A stretch of 64,000 bases of DNA from Scyliorhinus canicula. Taxonomy: Eukaryota. Where the stretch lies: assembly GCF_902713615.1 (NCBI RefSeq), contig NC_052157.1, forward strand, positions 3,658,001 through 3,722,000, read 5' to 3'. This document shows positions 1 to 12,000 of the stretch, piece after piece (the first letter of the stretch is position 1; the number at the start of each line of letters is the position of its first letter). A model generated the notes under the pieces. That model did no database searches and was not told the origin of the DNA. It saw nothing but the letters and a program-made list of their open reading frames with translations. The translations under genes and the position numbers were made by a program.

Positions 1-3000
1 TATCTCTGCTGTGTTAGGAAGCAGTGAGTTAGGATGTATCTCTGCTGTGTTAGGAAGCAGTGAGTTAGGATGTATATCTGCTGTGTTAGGAAGCAGTGAG
101 TTAGGATGTCTGCCTGCTGTGTTAGGAAGCAGTGAGTTAGGATGTCTCTCTGCTGTGTTAGGAAGCAGTGAGTTAGGATGTCTGTGTGCTGTGTTAGGAA
201 GCAGTGAGTTAGGATGTCTGTGTGCTGTGTTAGGAAGCAGTGAGTTAGGATGTCTGTGTGCTGTGTTAGGAAGCAGTGAGTTAGGATGTATCTCTGCTGT
301 GTTAGGAAGCAGTGAGTTAGGATGTATCTCTGCTGTGTTAGGAAGCAGTGAGTTAGGATGTCTGTCTGCTGTGTTAGGAAGCAGTGAGTTAGGATGTATC
401 TCTGCTGTGTTAGGAAGCAGTGAGTTAGGATGTCTGTCTGCTGTGTTAGGAAGCAGTGAGTTAGGATGTCTGTCTGCTGTGTTAGGAAGCAGTGAGTTAG
501 GATGTCTGCAGTGTTAGGAAGCAGTGAGTTAGGATGTCTGTCTGCTGTGTTAGGAAGCAGTGAGTTAGGATGTCTGTCTGCTGTGTTAGGAAGCAGTGAG
601 TTAGGATGTCTGTGTGCTGTGTTAGGAAGCAGTGAGTTAGGATGTCTGCTGTGTTAGGAAGCAGTGAGTTAGGATGTATCTCTGCTGTGTTAGGAAGCAG
701 TGAGTTAGGATGTCTGCTGTGTTAGGAAGCAGTGAGTTAGGATGTCTGTGTGCTGTGTTAGGAAGCAGTGAGTTAGGATGTCTGTGTGCTGTGTTAGGAA
801 GCAGTGAGTTAGGATGTCTGTGTGCTGTGTTAGGAAGCAGTGAGTTAGGATGTCTCTCTGCTGTGTTAGGAAGCAGTGAGTTAGGATGTCTGCCTGCTGT
901 GTTAGGAAGCAGTGAGTTAGGATGTCTGTCTGCTGTGTTAGGAAGCAGTGAGTTAGGATGTATCTCTGCTGTGTTAGGAAGCAGTGAGTTAGGATGTCTG
1001 CTGTGTTAGGAAGCAGTGAGTTAGGATGTCTGCTGTGTTAGGAAGCAGTGAGTTAGGATGTATCTCTGCTGTGTTAGGAAGCAGTGAGTTAGGATGTATC
1101 TCTGCTGTGTTAGGAAGCAGTGAGTTAGGATGTATCTCTGCTGTGTTAGGAAGCAGTGAGTTAGGATGTATATCTGCTGTGTTAGGAAGCAGTGAGTTAG
1201 GATGTCTGTGTGCTGTGTTAGGAAGCAGTGAGTTAGGATGTCTCTCTGCTGTGTTAGGAAGCAGTGAGTTAGGATGTCTGTGTGCTGTGTTAGGAAGCAG
1301 TGAGTTAGGATGTCTGTGTGCTGTGTTAGGAAGCAGTGAGTTAGGATGTCTGTGTGCTGTGTTAGGAAGCAGTGAGTTAGGATGTATCTCTGCTGTGTTA
1401 GGAAGCAGTGAGTTAGGATGTATCTCTGCTGTGTTAGGAAGCAGTGAGTTAGGATGTCTGTCTGCTGTGTTAGGAAGCAGTGAGTTAGGATGTATCTCTG
1501 CTGTGTTAGGAAGCAGTGAGTTAGGATGTCTGTGTGCTGTGTTAGGAAGCAGTGAGTTAGGATGTCTGTGTGCTGTGTTAGGAAGCAGTGAGTTAGGATG
1601 TCTGTCTGCTGTGTTAGGAAGCAGTGAGTTAGGATGCCTGCTGTGTTAGGAAGCAGTGAGTTAGGGTGTCTGTCTGCTGTGTTAGGAAGCAGTGAGTTAG
1701 GATGTCTGTCTGCTGTGTTAGGAAGCAGTGAGTTAGGATGTCTGTGTGCTGTGTTAGGAAGCAGTGAGTTAGGATGTCTGCTGTGTTAGGAAGCAGTGAG
1801 TTAGGATGTATCTCTGCTGTGTTAGGAAGCAGTGAGTTAGGATGTCTGCTGTGTTAGGAAGCAGTGAGTTAGGATGTCTGTGTGCTGTGTTAGGAAGCAG
1901 TGAGTTAGGATGTCTGTGTGCTGTGTTAGGAAGCAGTGAGTTAGGATGTCTGTGTGCTGTGTTAGGAAGCAGTGAGTTAGGATGTCTCTCTGCTGTGTTA
2001 GGAAGCAGTGAGTTAGGATGTCTGCCTGCTGTGTTAGGAAGCAGTGAGTTAGGATGTCTGTCTGCTGTGTTAGGAAGCAGTGAGTTAGGATGTATCTCTG
2101 CTGTGTTAGGAAGCAGTGAGTTAGGATGTCTGTGTGCTGTGTTAGGAAGCAGTGAGTTAGGATGTCTGTCTGCTGTGTTAGGAAGCAGTGAGTTAGGATG
2201 TATCTCTGCTGTGTTAGGAAGCAGTGAGTTAGGATGTATCTCTGCTGTGTTAGGAAGCAGTGAGTTAGGATGTATCTCTGCTGTGTTAGGAAGCAGTGAG
2301 TTAGGATGTATCTCTGCTGTGTTAGGAAGCAGTGAGTTAGGATGTATATCTGCTGTGTTAGGAAGCAGTGAGTTAGGATGTATCTCTGCTGTGTTAGGAA
2401 GCAGTGAGTTAGGATGTCTGTGTGCTGTGTTAGGAAGCAGTGAGTTAGGATGTATCTCTGCTGTGTTAGGAAGCAGTGAGTTAGGATGTCTGTGTGCTGT
2501 GTTAGGAAGCAGTGAGTTAGGATGTCTCTCTGCTGTGTTAGGAAGCAGTGAGTTAGGATGTCTGTGTGCTGTGTTAGGAAGCAGTGAGTTAGGATGTCTG
2601 CCTGCTGTTTTAGGAAGCAGTGAGTTAGGATGTCTGTGTGCTGTGTTAGGAAGCAGTGAGTTAGGATGTATCTCTGCTGTGTTAGGAAGCAGTGAGTTAG
2701 GATGTCTGTCTGCTGTGTCAGGAAGCAGTGAGTTAGGATGTCTGCTGTGTTAGGAAGCAGTGAGTTAGGATGTCTGTGTGCTGTGTTAGGAAGCAGTGAG
2801 TTAGGATGTCTGTCTGCTGTGTTAGGAAGCAGTGAGTTAGGATGTCTGTCTGCTGTGTTAGGAAGCAGTGAGTTAGGATGTCTGTGTGCTGTGTTAGGAA
2901 GCAGTGAGTTAGGATGTATCTCTGCTGTGTTAGGAAGCAGTGAGTTAGGATGTCTGTCTGCTGTGTTAGGAAGCAGTGAGTTAGGATGTCTGCTGTGTCA

Positions 3001-6000
3001 GGAAGCAGTGAGTTAGGATGTCTGCTGTGTTAGGAAGCAGTGAGTTAGGATGTATCTCTGCTGTGTTAGGAAGCAGTGAGTTAGGATGTATCTCTGCTGT
3101 GTCAGGAAGCAGTGAGTTAGGATGTCTGCTGTGTTAGGAAGCAGTGAGTTAGGATGTCTGTGTGCTGTGTTAGGAAGCAGTGAGTTAGGATGTCTGCTGT
3201 GTTAGGAAGCAGTGAGTTAGGATGTCTGTCTGCTGTGTTAGGAAGCAGTGAGTTAGGATGTCTGTGTGCTGTGTTAGGAAGCAGTGAGTTAGGATGTCTG
3301 CTGTGTTAGGAAGCAGTGAGTTAGGATGTATCTCTGCTGTGTTAGGAAGCAGTGAGTTAGGATGTCTGTGTGCTGTGTTAGGAAGCAGTGAGTTAGGATG
3401 TCTGTCTGCTGTGTTAGGAAGCAGTGAGTTAGGATGTATCTCTGCTGTGTTAGGAAGCAGTGAGTTAGGATGTCTGTGTGCTGTGTTAGGAAGCAGTGAG
3501 TTAGGATGTATATCTGCTGTGTTAGGAAGCAGTGAGTTAGGATGTATCTCTGCTGTGTTAGGAAGCAGTGAGTTAGGATGTCTGTCTGCTGTGTTAGGAA
3601 GCAGTGAGTTAGGATGTATCTCTGCTGTGTTAGGAAGCAGTGAGTTAGGATGCCTGCTGTGTTAGGAAGCAGTGAGTTAGGATGTATCTCTGCTGTGTTA
3701 GGAAGCAGTGAGTTAGGATGTCTGTCTGCTGTGTTAGGAAGCAGTGAGTTAGGATGTATATCTGCTGTGTTAGGAAGCAGTGAGTTAGGATGTATATCTG
3801 CTGTGTTAGGAAGCAGTGAGTTAGGATGTCTCTCTGCTGTGTTAGGAAGCAGTGAGTTAGGATGTCTGCTGTGTTAGGAAGCAGTGAGTTAGGATGTCTG
3901 TCTGCTGTGTTAGGAAGCAGTGAGTTAGGATGTCTGTGTGCTGTGTTAGGAAGCAGTGAGTTAGGATGTCTGTCTGCTGTGTTAGGAAGCAGTGAGTTAG
4001 GATGTATCTCTGCTGTGTTAGGAAGCAGTGAGTTAGGATGTCTGTCTGCTGTGTTAGGAAGCAGTGAGTTAGGATGTCTGCTGTGTTAGGAAGCAGTGAG
4101 TTAGGATGTCTGTCTGCTGTGTTAGGAAGCAGTGAGTTAGGATGTATCTCTGCTGTGTTAGGAAGCAGTGAGTTAGGATGTCTGCCTGCTGTGTTAGGAA
4201 GCAGTGAGTTAGGATGTCTGTGTGCTGTGTTAGGAAGCAGTGAGTTAGGATGTCTGCTGTGTTAGGAAGCAGTGAGTTAGGATGTCTGTCTGCTGTGTTA
4301 GGAAGCAGTGAGTTAGGATGTATCTCTGCTGTGTTAGGAAGCAGTGAGTTAGGATGTCTGTCTGCTGTGTTAGGAAGCAGTGAGTTAGGATGTCTGTGTG
4401 CTGTGTTAGGAAGCAGTGAGTTAGGATGTATCTCTGCTGTGTTAGGAAGCAGTGAGTTAGGATGTCTGTCTGCTGTGTTAGGAAGCAGTGAGTTAGGATG
4501 TCTGTCTGCTGTGTTAGGAAGCAGTGAGTTAGGATGTCTGTGTGCTGTGTTAGGAAGCAGTGAGTTAGGATGTCTGTCTGCTGTGTTAGGAAGCAGTGAG
4601 TTAGGATGTCTCTCTGCTGTGTTAGGAAGCAGTGAGTTAGGATGTCTGTGTGCTGTGTTAGGAAGCAGTGAGTTAGGATGTCTCTCTGCTGCGTTAGGAA
4701 GCAGTGAGTTAGGATGTCTCTCTGCTGTGTTAGGAAGCAGTGAGTTAGGATGTATCTCTGCTGTGTTAGGAAGCAGTGAGTTAGGATGTATCTCTGCTGT
4801 GTTAGGAAGCAGTGAGTTAGGATGTATCTCTGCTGTGTTAGGAAGCAGTGAGTTAGGATGTCTGTGTGCTGTGTTAGGAAGCAGTGAGTTAGGATGTCTG
4901 TGTGCTGTGTTAGGAAGCAGTGAGTTAGGATGTCTCTCTGCTGCGTTAGGAAGCAGTGAGTTAGGATGTCTGTCTGCTGTGTTAGGAAGCAGTGAGTTAG
5001 GATGTCTGTGTGCTGTGTTAGGAAGCAGTGAGTTAGGATGTCTGTGTGCTGTGTTAGGAAGCAGTGAGTTAGGATGTCTGTGTGCTGTGTTAGGAAGTAG
5101 TGAGTTAGGATGTATCTCTGCTGCGTTAGGAAGCAGTGAGTTAGGATGTCTGTGTGCTGTGTTAGGAAGCAGTGAGTTAGGATGTCTGCCTGCTGTGTTA
5201 GGAAGCAGTGAGTTAGGATGTCTGTCTGCTGTGTTAGGAAGCAGTGAGTTAGGATGTCTGTGTGCTGTGTTAGGAAGCAGTGAGTTAGGATGTCTGTCTG
5301 CTGTGTTAGGAAGCAGTGAGTTAGGATGTCTGCCTGCTGTGTAAGGAAGCAGTGAGTTAGGATGTATCTCTGCTGTGTTAGGAAGCAGTGAGTTAGGATG
5401 TATCTCTGCTGTGTTAGGAAGCAGTGAGTTAGGATGTCTGTGTGCTGTGTTAGGAAGCAGTGAGTTAGGATGTCTGTGTGCTGTGTTAGGAAGCAGTGAG
5501 TTAGGATGTCTGTCTGCTGTGTTAGGAAGCAGTGAGTTAGGATGTCTGCTGTGTTAGGAAGCAGTGAGTTAGGATGTCTGTCTGCTGTGTTAGGAAGCAG
5601 TGAGTTAGGATGTCTGTGTGCTGTGTTAGGAAGCAGTGAGTTAGGATGTCTGTCTGCTGTGTTAGGAAGCAGTGAGTTAGGATGTCTGTGTGCTGTGTTA
5701 GGAAGCAGTGAGTTAGGATGTCTGTGTGCTGTGTTAGGAAGCAGTGAGTTAGGATGTCTGTCTGCTGTGTTAGGAAGCAGTGAGTTAGGATGTCTGTGTG
5801 CTGTGTTAGGAAGCAGTGAGTTAGGATGTCTGTCTGCTGTGTTAGGAAGCAGTGAGTTAGGATGTCTGCCTGCTGTGTTAGGAAGCAGTGAGTTAGGATG
5901 TCTGTCTGCTGTGTTAGGAAGCAGTGAGTTAGGATGTCTGTCTGCTGTGTTAGGAAGCAGTGAGTTAGGATGTATCTCTGCTGTGTTAGGAAGCAGTGAG

Positions 6001-9000
6001 TTAGGATGTATCTCTGCTGTGTTAGGAAGCAGTGAGTTAGGATGCCTGCTGTGTTAGGAAGCAGTGAGTTAGGATGCCTGCTGTGTTAGGAAGCAGTGAG
6101 TTAGGATGCCTGCTGTGTTAGGAAGCAGTGAGTTAGGATGTCTGCTGTGTTAGGAAGCAGTGAGTTAGGATGTCTGTCTGCTGTGTTAGGAAGCAGTGAG
6201 TTAGGATGTCTGTCTGCTGTGTTAGGAAGCAGTGAGTTAGGATGTCTGTCTGCTGTGTTAGGAAGCAGTGAGTTAGGATGTCTGTCTGCTGTGTTAGGAA
6301 GCAGTGAGTTAGGATGTCTGTCTGCTGTGTTAGGAAGCAGTGAGTTAGGATGTCTGTGTGCTGTGTTAGGAAGCAGTGAGTTAGGATGTATCTCTGCTGT
6401 GTTAGGAAGCAGTGAGTTAGGATGTATCTCTGCTGTGTTAGGAAGCAGTGAGTTAGGATGTCTGTCTGCTGTGTTAGGAAGCAGTGAGTTAGGATGTATC
6501 TCTGCTGTGTTAGGAAGCAGTGAGTTAGGATGTATCTCTGCTGTGTTAGGAAGCAGTGAGTTAGGATGTCTGCTGTGTTAGGAAGCAGTGAGTTAGGATG
6601 TCTGCTGTGTTAGGAAGCAGTGAGTTAGGATGCCTGCTGTGTTAGGAAGCAGTGAGTTAGGATGCCTGCTGTGTTAGGAAGCAGTGAGTTAGGATGTATC
6701 TCTGCTGTGTTAGGAAGCAGTGAGTTAGGATGTATCTCTGCTGTGTTAGGAAGCAGTGAGTTAGGATGTCTGTGTGCTGTGTTAGGAAGCAGTGAGTTAG
6801 GATGTCTGTCTGCTGTGTTAGGAAGCAGTGAGTTAGGATGTCTGTCTGCTGTGTTAGGAAGCAGTGAGTTAGGATGTCTGTGTGCTGTGTTAGGAAGCAG
6901 TGAGTTAGGATGTCTGCTGTGTTAGGAAGCAGTGAGTTAGGATGTCTGTCTGCTGTGTTAGGAAGCAGTGAGTTAGGATGTATCTCTGCTGTGTTAGGAA
7001 GCAGTGAGTTAGGATGTCTGTGTGCTGTGTTAGGAAGCAGTGAGTTAGGATGTATCTCTGCTGTGTTAGGAAGCAGTGAGTTAGGATGTATCTCTGCTGT
7101 GTTAGGAAGCAGTGAGTTAGGATGTCTGTGTGCTGTGTTAGGAAGCAGTGAGTTAGGATGTCTGTGTGCTGTGTTAGGAAGCAGTGAGTTAGGATGTATC
7201 TCTGCTGTGTTAGGAAGCAGTGAGTTAGGATGTATCTCTGCTGTGTTAGGAAGCAGTGAGTTAGGATGTATCTCTGCTGTGTTAGGAAGCAGTGAGTTAG
7301 GATGTCTGTGTGCTGTGTTAGGAAGCAGTGAGTTAGGATGTCTGTGTGCTGTGTTAGGAAGCAGTGAGTTAGGATGTCTGTGTGCTGTGTTAGGAAGCAG
7401 TGAGTTAGGATGTCTGTCTGCTGTGTTAGGAAGCAGTGAGTTAGGATGTATCTCTGCTGTGTTAGGAAGCAGTGAGTTAGGATGTCTGTCTGCTGTGTTA
7501 GGAAGCAGTGAGTTAGGATGTCTGTGTGCTGTGTTAGGAAGCAGTGAGTTAGGATGTCTGCTGTGTTAGGAAGCAGTGAGTTAGGATGTATCTCTGCTGT
7601 GTTAGGAAGCAGTGAGTTAGGATGTATCTCTGCTGTGTTAGGAAGCAGTGAGTTAGGATGTCTGTCTGCTGTGTTAGGAAGCAGTGAGTTAGGATGTCTG
7701 TCTGCTGTGTTAGGAAGCAGTGAGTTAGGATGTATCTCTGCTGTGTTAGGAAGCAGTGAGTTAGGATGTCTGTGTGCTGTGTTAGGAAGCAGTGAGTTAG
7801 GATGTCTGTGTGCTGTGTTAGGAAGCAGTGAGTTAGGATGTCTGTCTGCTGTGTTAGGAAGCAGTGAGTTAGGATGTATCTCTGCTGTGTTAGGAAGCAG
7901 TGAGTTAGGATGTATCTCTGCTGTGTTAGGAAGCAGTGAGTTAGGATGTCTGTGTGCTGTGTTAGGAAGCAGTGAGTTAGGATGTCTGTGTGCTGTGTTA
8001 GGAAGCAGTGAGTTAGGATGTCTGTGTGCTGTGTTAGGAAGCAGTGAGTTAGGATGTCTGTCTGCTGTGTTAGGAAGCAGTGAGTTAGGATGTCTGCTGT
8101 GTTAGGAAGCAGTGAGTTAGGATGTATCTCTGCTGTGTTAGGAAGCAGTGAGTTAGGATGTATCTCTGCTGTGTTAGGAAGCAGTGAGTTAGGATGTCTG
8201 TCTGCTGTGTTAGGAAGCAGTGAGTTAGGATGTCTGTCTGCTGTGTTAGGAAGCAGTGAGTTAGGATGTATCTCTGCTGTGTTAGGAAGCAGTGAGTTAG
8301 GATGTCTGTGTGCTGTGTTAGGAAGCAGTGAGTTAGGATGTCTGTGTGCTGTGTTAGGAAGCAGTGAGTTAGGATGTCTGTCTGCTGTGTTAGGAAGCAG
8401 TGAGTTAGGATGTATCTCTGCTGTGTTAGGAAGCAGTGAGTTAGGATGTCTGTGTGCTGTGTTAGGAAGCAGTGAGTTAGGATGTATCTCTGCTGTGTTA
8501 GGAAGCAGTGAGTTAGGATGTATCTCTGCTGTGTTAGGAAGCAGTGAGTTAGGATGTATCTCTGCTGTGTTAGGAAGCAGTGAGTTAGGATGTATCTCTG
8601 CTGTGTTAGGAAGCAGTGAGTTAGGATGTCTGCCTGCTGTGTTAGGAAGCAGTGAGTTAGGATGTCTGTGTGCTGTGTTAGGAAGCAGTGAGTTAGGATG
8701 TCTGTCTGCTGTGTTAGGAAGCAGTGAGTTAGGATGTATCTCTGCTGTGTTAGGAAGCAGTGAGTTAGGATGTCTGTCTGCTGTGTTAGGAAGCAGTGAG
8801 TTAGGATGTCTGCTGTGTTAGGAAGCAGTGAGTTAGGATGTCTGTCTGCTGTGTTAGGAAGCAGTGAGTTAGGATGTCTGTCTGCTGTGTTAGGAAGCAG
8901 TGAGTTAGGATGTCTGTCTGCTGTGTTAGGAAGCAGTGAGTTAGGATGTATATCTGCTGTGTTAGGAAGCAGTGAGTTAGGATGTCTGCTGTGTTAGGAA

Positions 9001-12000
9001 GCAGTGAGTTAGGATGTATCTCTGCTGTGTTAGGAAGCAGTGAGTTAGGATGTCTGTCTGCTGTGTTAGGAAGCAGTGAGTTAGGATGTCTGCTGTGTTA
9101 GGAAGCAGTGAGTTAGGATGTCTGTGTGCTGTGTTAGGAAGCAGTGAGTTAGGATGTCTGTCTGCTGTGTTAGGAAGCAGTGAGTTAGGATGTCTGTCTG
9201 CTGTGTTAGGAAGCAGTGAGTTAGGATGTCTCTCTGCTGTGTTAGGAAGCAGTGAGTTAGGATGTCTGCTGTGTTAGGAAGCAGTGAGTTAGGATGTCTG
9301 TCTGCTGTGTTAGGAAGCAGTGAGTTAGGATGTATCTCTGCTGTGTTAGGAAGCAGTGAGTTAGGATGTCTGTCTGCTGTGTTAGGAAGCAGTGAGTTAG
9401 GATGTCTGTGTGCTGTGTTAGGAAGCAGTGAGTTAGGATGTCTGTCTGCTGTGTTAGGAAGCAGTGAGTTAGGATGTCTGTGTGCTGTGTTAGGAAGCAG
9501 TGAGTTAGGATGTCTCTCTGCTGTGTTAGGAAGCAGTGAGTTAGGATGTCTGCTGTGTTAGGAAGCAGTGAGTTAGGATGCCTGCTGTGTTAGGAAGCAG
9601 TGAGTTAGGATGTCTGTGTGCTGTGTTAGGAAGCAGTGAGTTAGGATGTCTGCTGTGTTAGGAAGCAGTGAGTTAGGATGTCTGTCTGCTGTGTTAGGAA
9701 GCAGTGAGTTAGGATGTCTGCTGTGTTAGGAAGCAGTGAGTTAGGATGTCTGTGTGCTGTGTTAGGAAGCAGTGAGTTAGGATGTCTGTCTGCTGTGTTA
9801 GGAAGCAGTGAGTTAGGATGTCTGCTGTGTTAGGAAGCAGTGAGTTAGGATGTCTGTGTGCTGTGTTAGGAAGCAGTGAGTTAGGATGTCTGTGTGCTGT
9901 GTTAGGAAGCAGTGAGTTAGGATGTATCTCTGCTGTGTTAGGAAGCAGTGAGTTAGGATGTCTGTCTGCTGTGTTAGGAAGCAGTGAGTTAGGATGTCTC
10001 TCTGCTGTGTTAGGAAGCAGTGAGTTAGGATGTCTGCTGTGTTAGGAAGCAGTGAGTTAGGATGTATCTCTGCTGTGTTAGGAAGCAGTGAGTTAGGATG
10101 CCTGCTGTGTTAGGAAGCAGTGAGTTAGGATGTCTGTGTGCTGTGTTAGGAAGCAGTGAGTTAGGATGTCTGTGTGCTGTGTTAGGAAGCAGTGAGTTAG
10201 GATGTCTCTCTGCTGTGTTAGGAAGCAGTGAGTTAGGATGTCTGCTGTGTTAGGAAGCAGTGAGTTAGGATGTCTGTGTGCTGTGTTAGGAAGCAGTGAG
10301 TTAGGATGTCTGCTGTGTTAGGAAGCAGTGAGTTAGGATGCCTGCTGTGTTAGGAAGCAGTGAGTTAGGATGTCTGTGTGCTGTGTTAGGAAGCAGTGAG
10401 TTAGGATGTCTGCTGTGTTAGGAAGCAGTGAGTTAGGATGTCTGCTGTGTTAGGAAGCAGTGAGTTAGGATGTCTGTGTGCTGTGTTAGGAAGCAGTGAG
10501 TTAGGATGTCTGTGTGCTGTGTTAGGAAGCAGTGAGTTAGGATGTCTGCCTGCTGTGTAAGGAAGCAGTGAGTTAGGATGTATCTCTGCTGTGTTAGGAA
10601 GCAGTGAGTTAGGATGTCTGCCTGCTGTGTTAGGAAGCAGTGAGTTAGGATGTATCTCTGCTGTGTTAGGAAGCAGTGAGTTAGGATGTCTGTCTGCTGT
10701 GTTAGGAAGCAGTGAGTTAGGATGTCTGTCTGCTGTGTTAGGAAGCAGTGAGTTAGGATGTCTGTCTGCTGTGTTAGGAAGCAGTGAGTTAGGATGTCTG
10801 TGTGCTGTGTTAGGAAGCAGTGAGTTAGGATGTCTGCTGTGTTAGGAAGCAGTGAGTTAGGATGTCTGTGTGCTGTGTTAGGAAGCAGTGAGTTAGGATG
10901 TATCTCTGCTGTGTTAGGAAGCAGTGAGTTAGGATGTCTGCCTGCTGTGTTAGGAAGCAGTGAGTTAGGATGTCTGTCTGCTGTGTTAGGAAGCAGTGAG
11001 TTAGGATGTCTGTCTGCTGTGTTAGGAAGCAGTGAGTTAGGATGTCTGTGTGCTGTGTTAGGAAGCAGTGAGTTAGGATGTCTGTCTGCTGTGTTAGGAA
11101 GCAGTGAGTTAGGATGTCTGTGTGCTGTGTTAGGAAGCAGTGAGTTAGGATGTCTGTGTGCTGTGTTAGGAAGCAGTGAGTTAGGATGTCTGTGTGCTGT
11201 GTTAGGAAGCAGTGAGTTAGGATGTCTGTGTGCTGTGTTAGGAAGCAGTGAGTTAGGATGTCTGTGTGCTGTGTTAGGAAGCAGTGAGTTAGGATGTCTG
11301 TGTGCTGTGTTAGGAAGCAGTGAGTTAGGATGTCTGCCTGCTGTGTTAGGAAGCAGTGAGTTAGGATGTCTGTCTGCTGTGTTAGGAAGCAGTGAGTTAG
11401 GATGTCTGTGTGCTGTGTTAGGAAGCAGTGAGTTAGGATGTCTGTGTGCTGTGTTAGGAAGCAGTGAGTTAGGATGTCTGTGTGCTGTGTTAGGAAGCAG
11501 TGAGTTAGGATGTCTGTCTGCTGTGTTAGGAAGCAGTGAGTTAGGATGTCTGTGTGCTGTGTTAGGAAGCAGTGAGTTAGGATGTCTGTCTGCTGTGTTA
11601 GGAAGCAGTGAGTTAGGATGTATCTCTGCTGTGTTAGGAAGCAGTGAGTTAGGATGTCTGCTGTGTTAGGAAGCAGTGAGTTAGGATGTCTGTCTGCTGT
11701 GTTAGGAAGCAGTGAGTTAGGATGTATCTCTGCTGTGTTAGGAAGCAGTGAGTTAGGATGCCTGCTGTGTTAGGAAGCAGTGAGTTAGGATGTCTGTGTG
11801 CTGTGTTAGGAAGCAGTGAGTTAGGATGCCTGCTGTGTTAGGAAGCAGTGAGTTAGGATGTCTGTGTGCTGTGTTAGGAAGCAGTGAGTTAGGATGTCTG
11901 CTGTGTTAGGAAGCAGTGAGTTAGGATGTCTGTGTGCTGTGTTAGGAAGCAGTGAGTTAGGATGTATCTCTGCTGTGTTAGGAAGCAGTGAGTTAGGATG

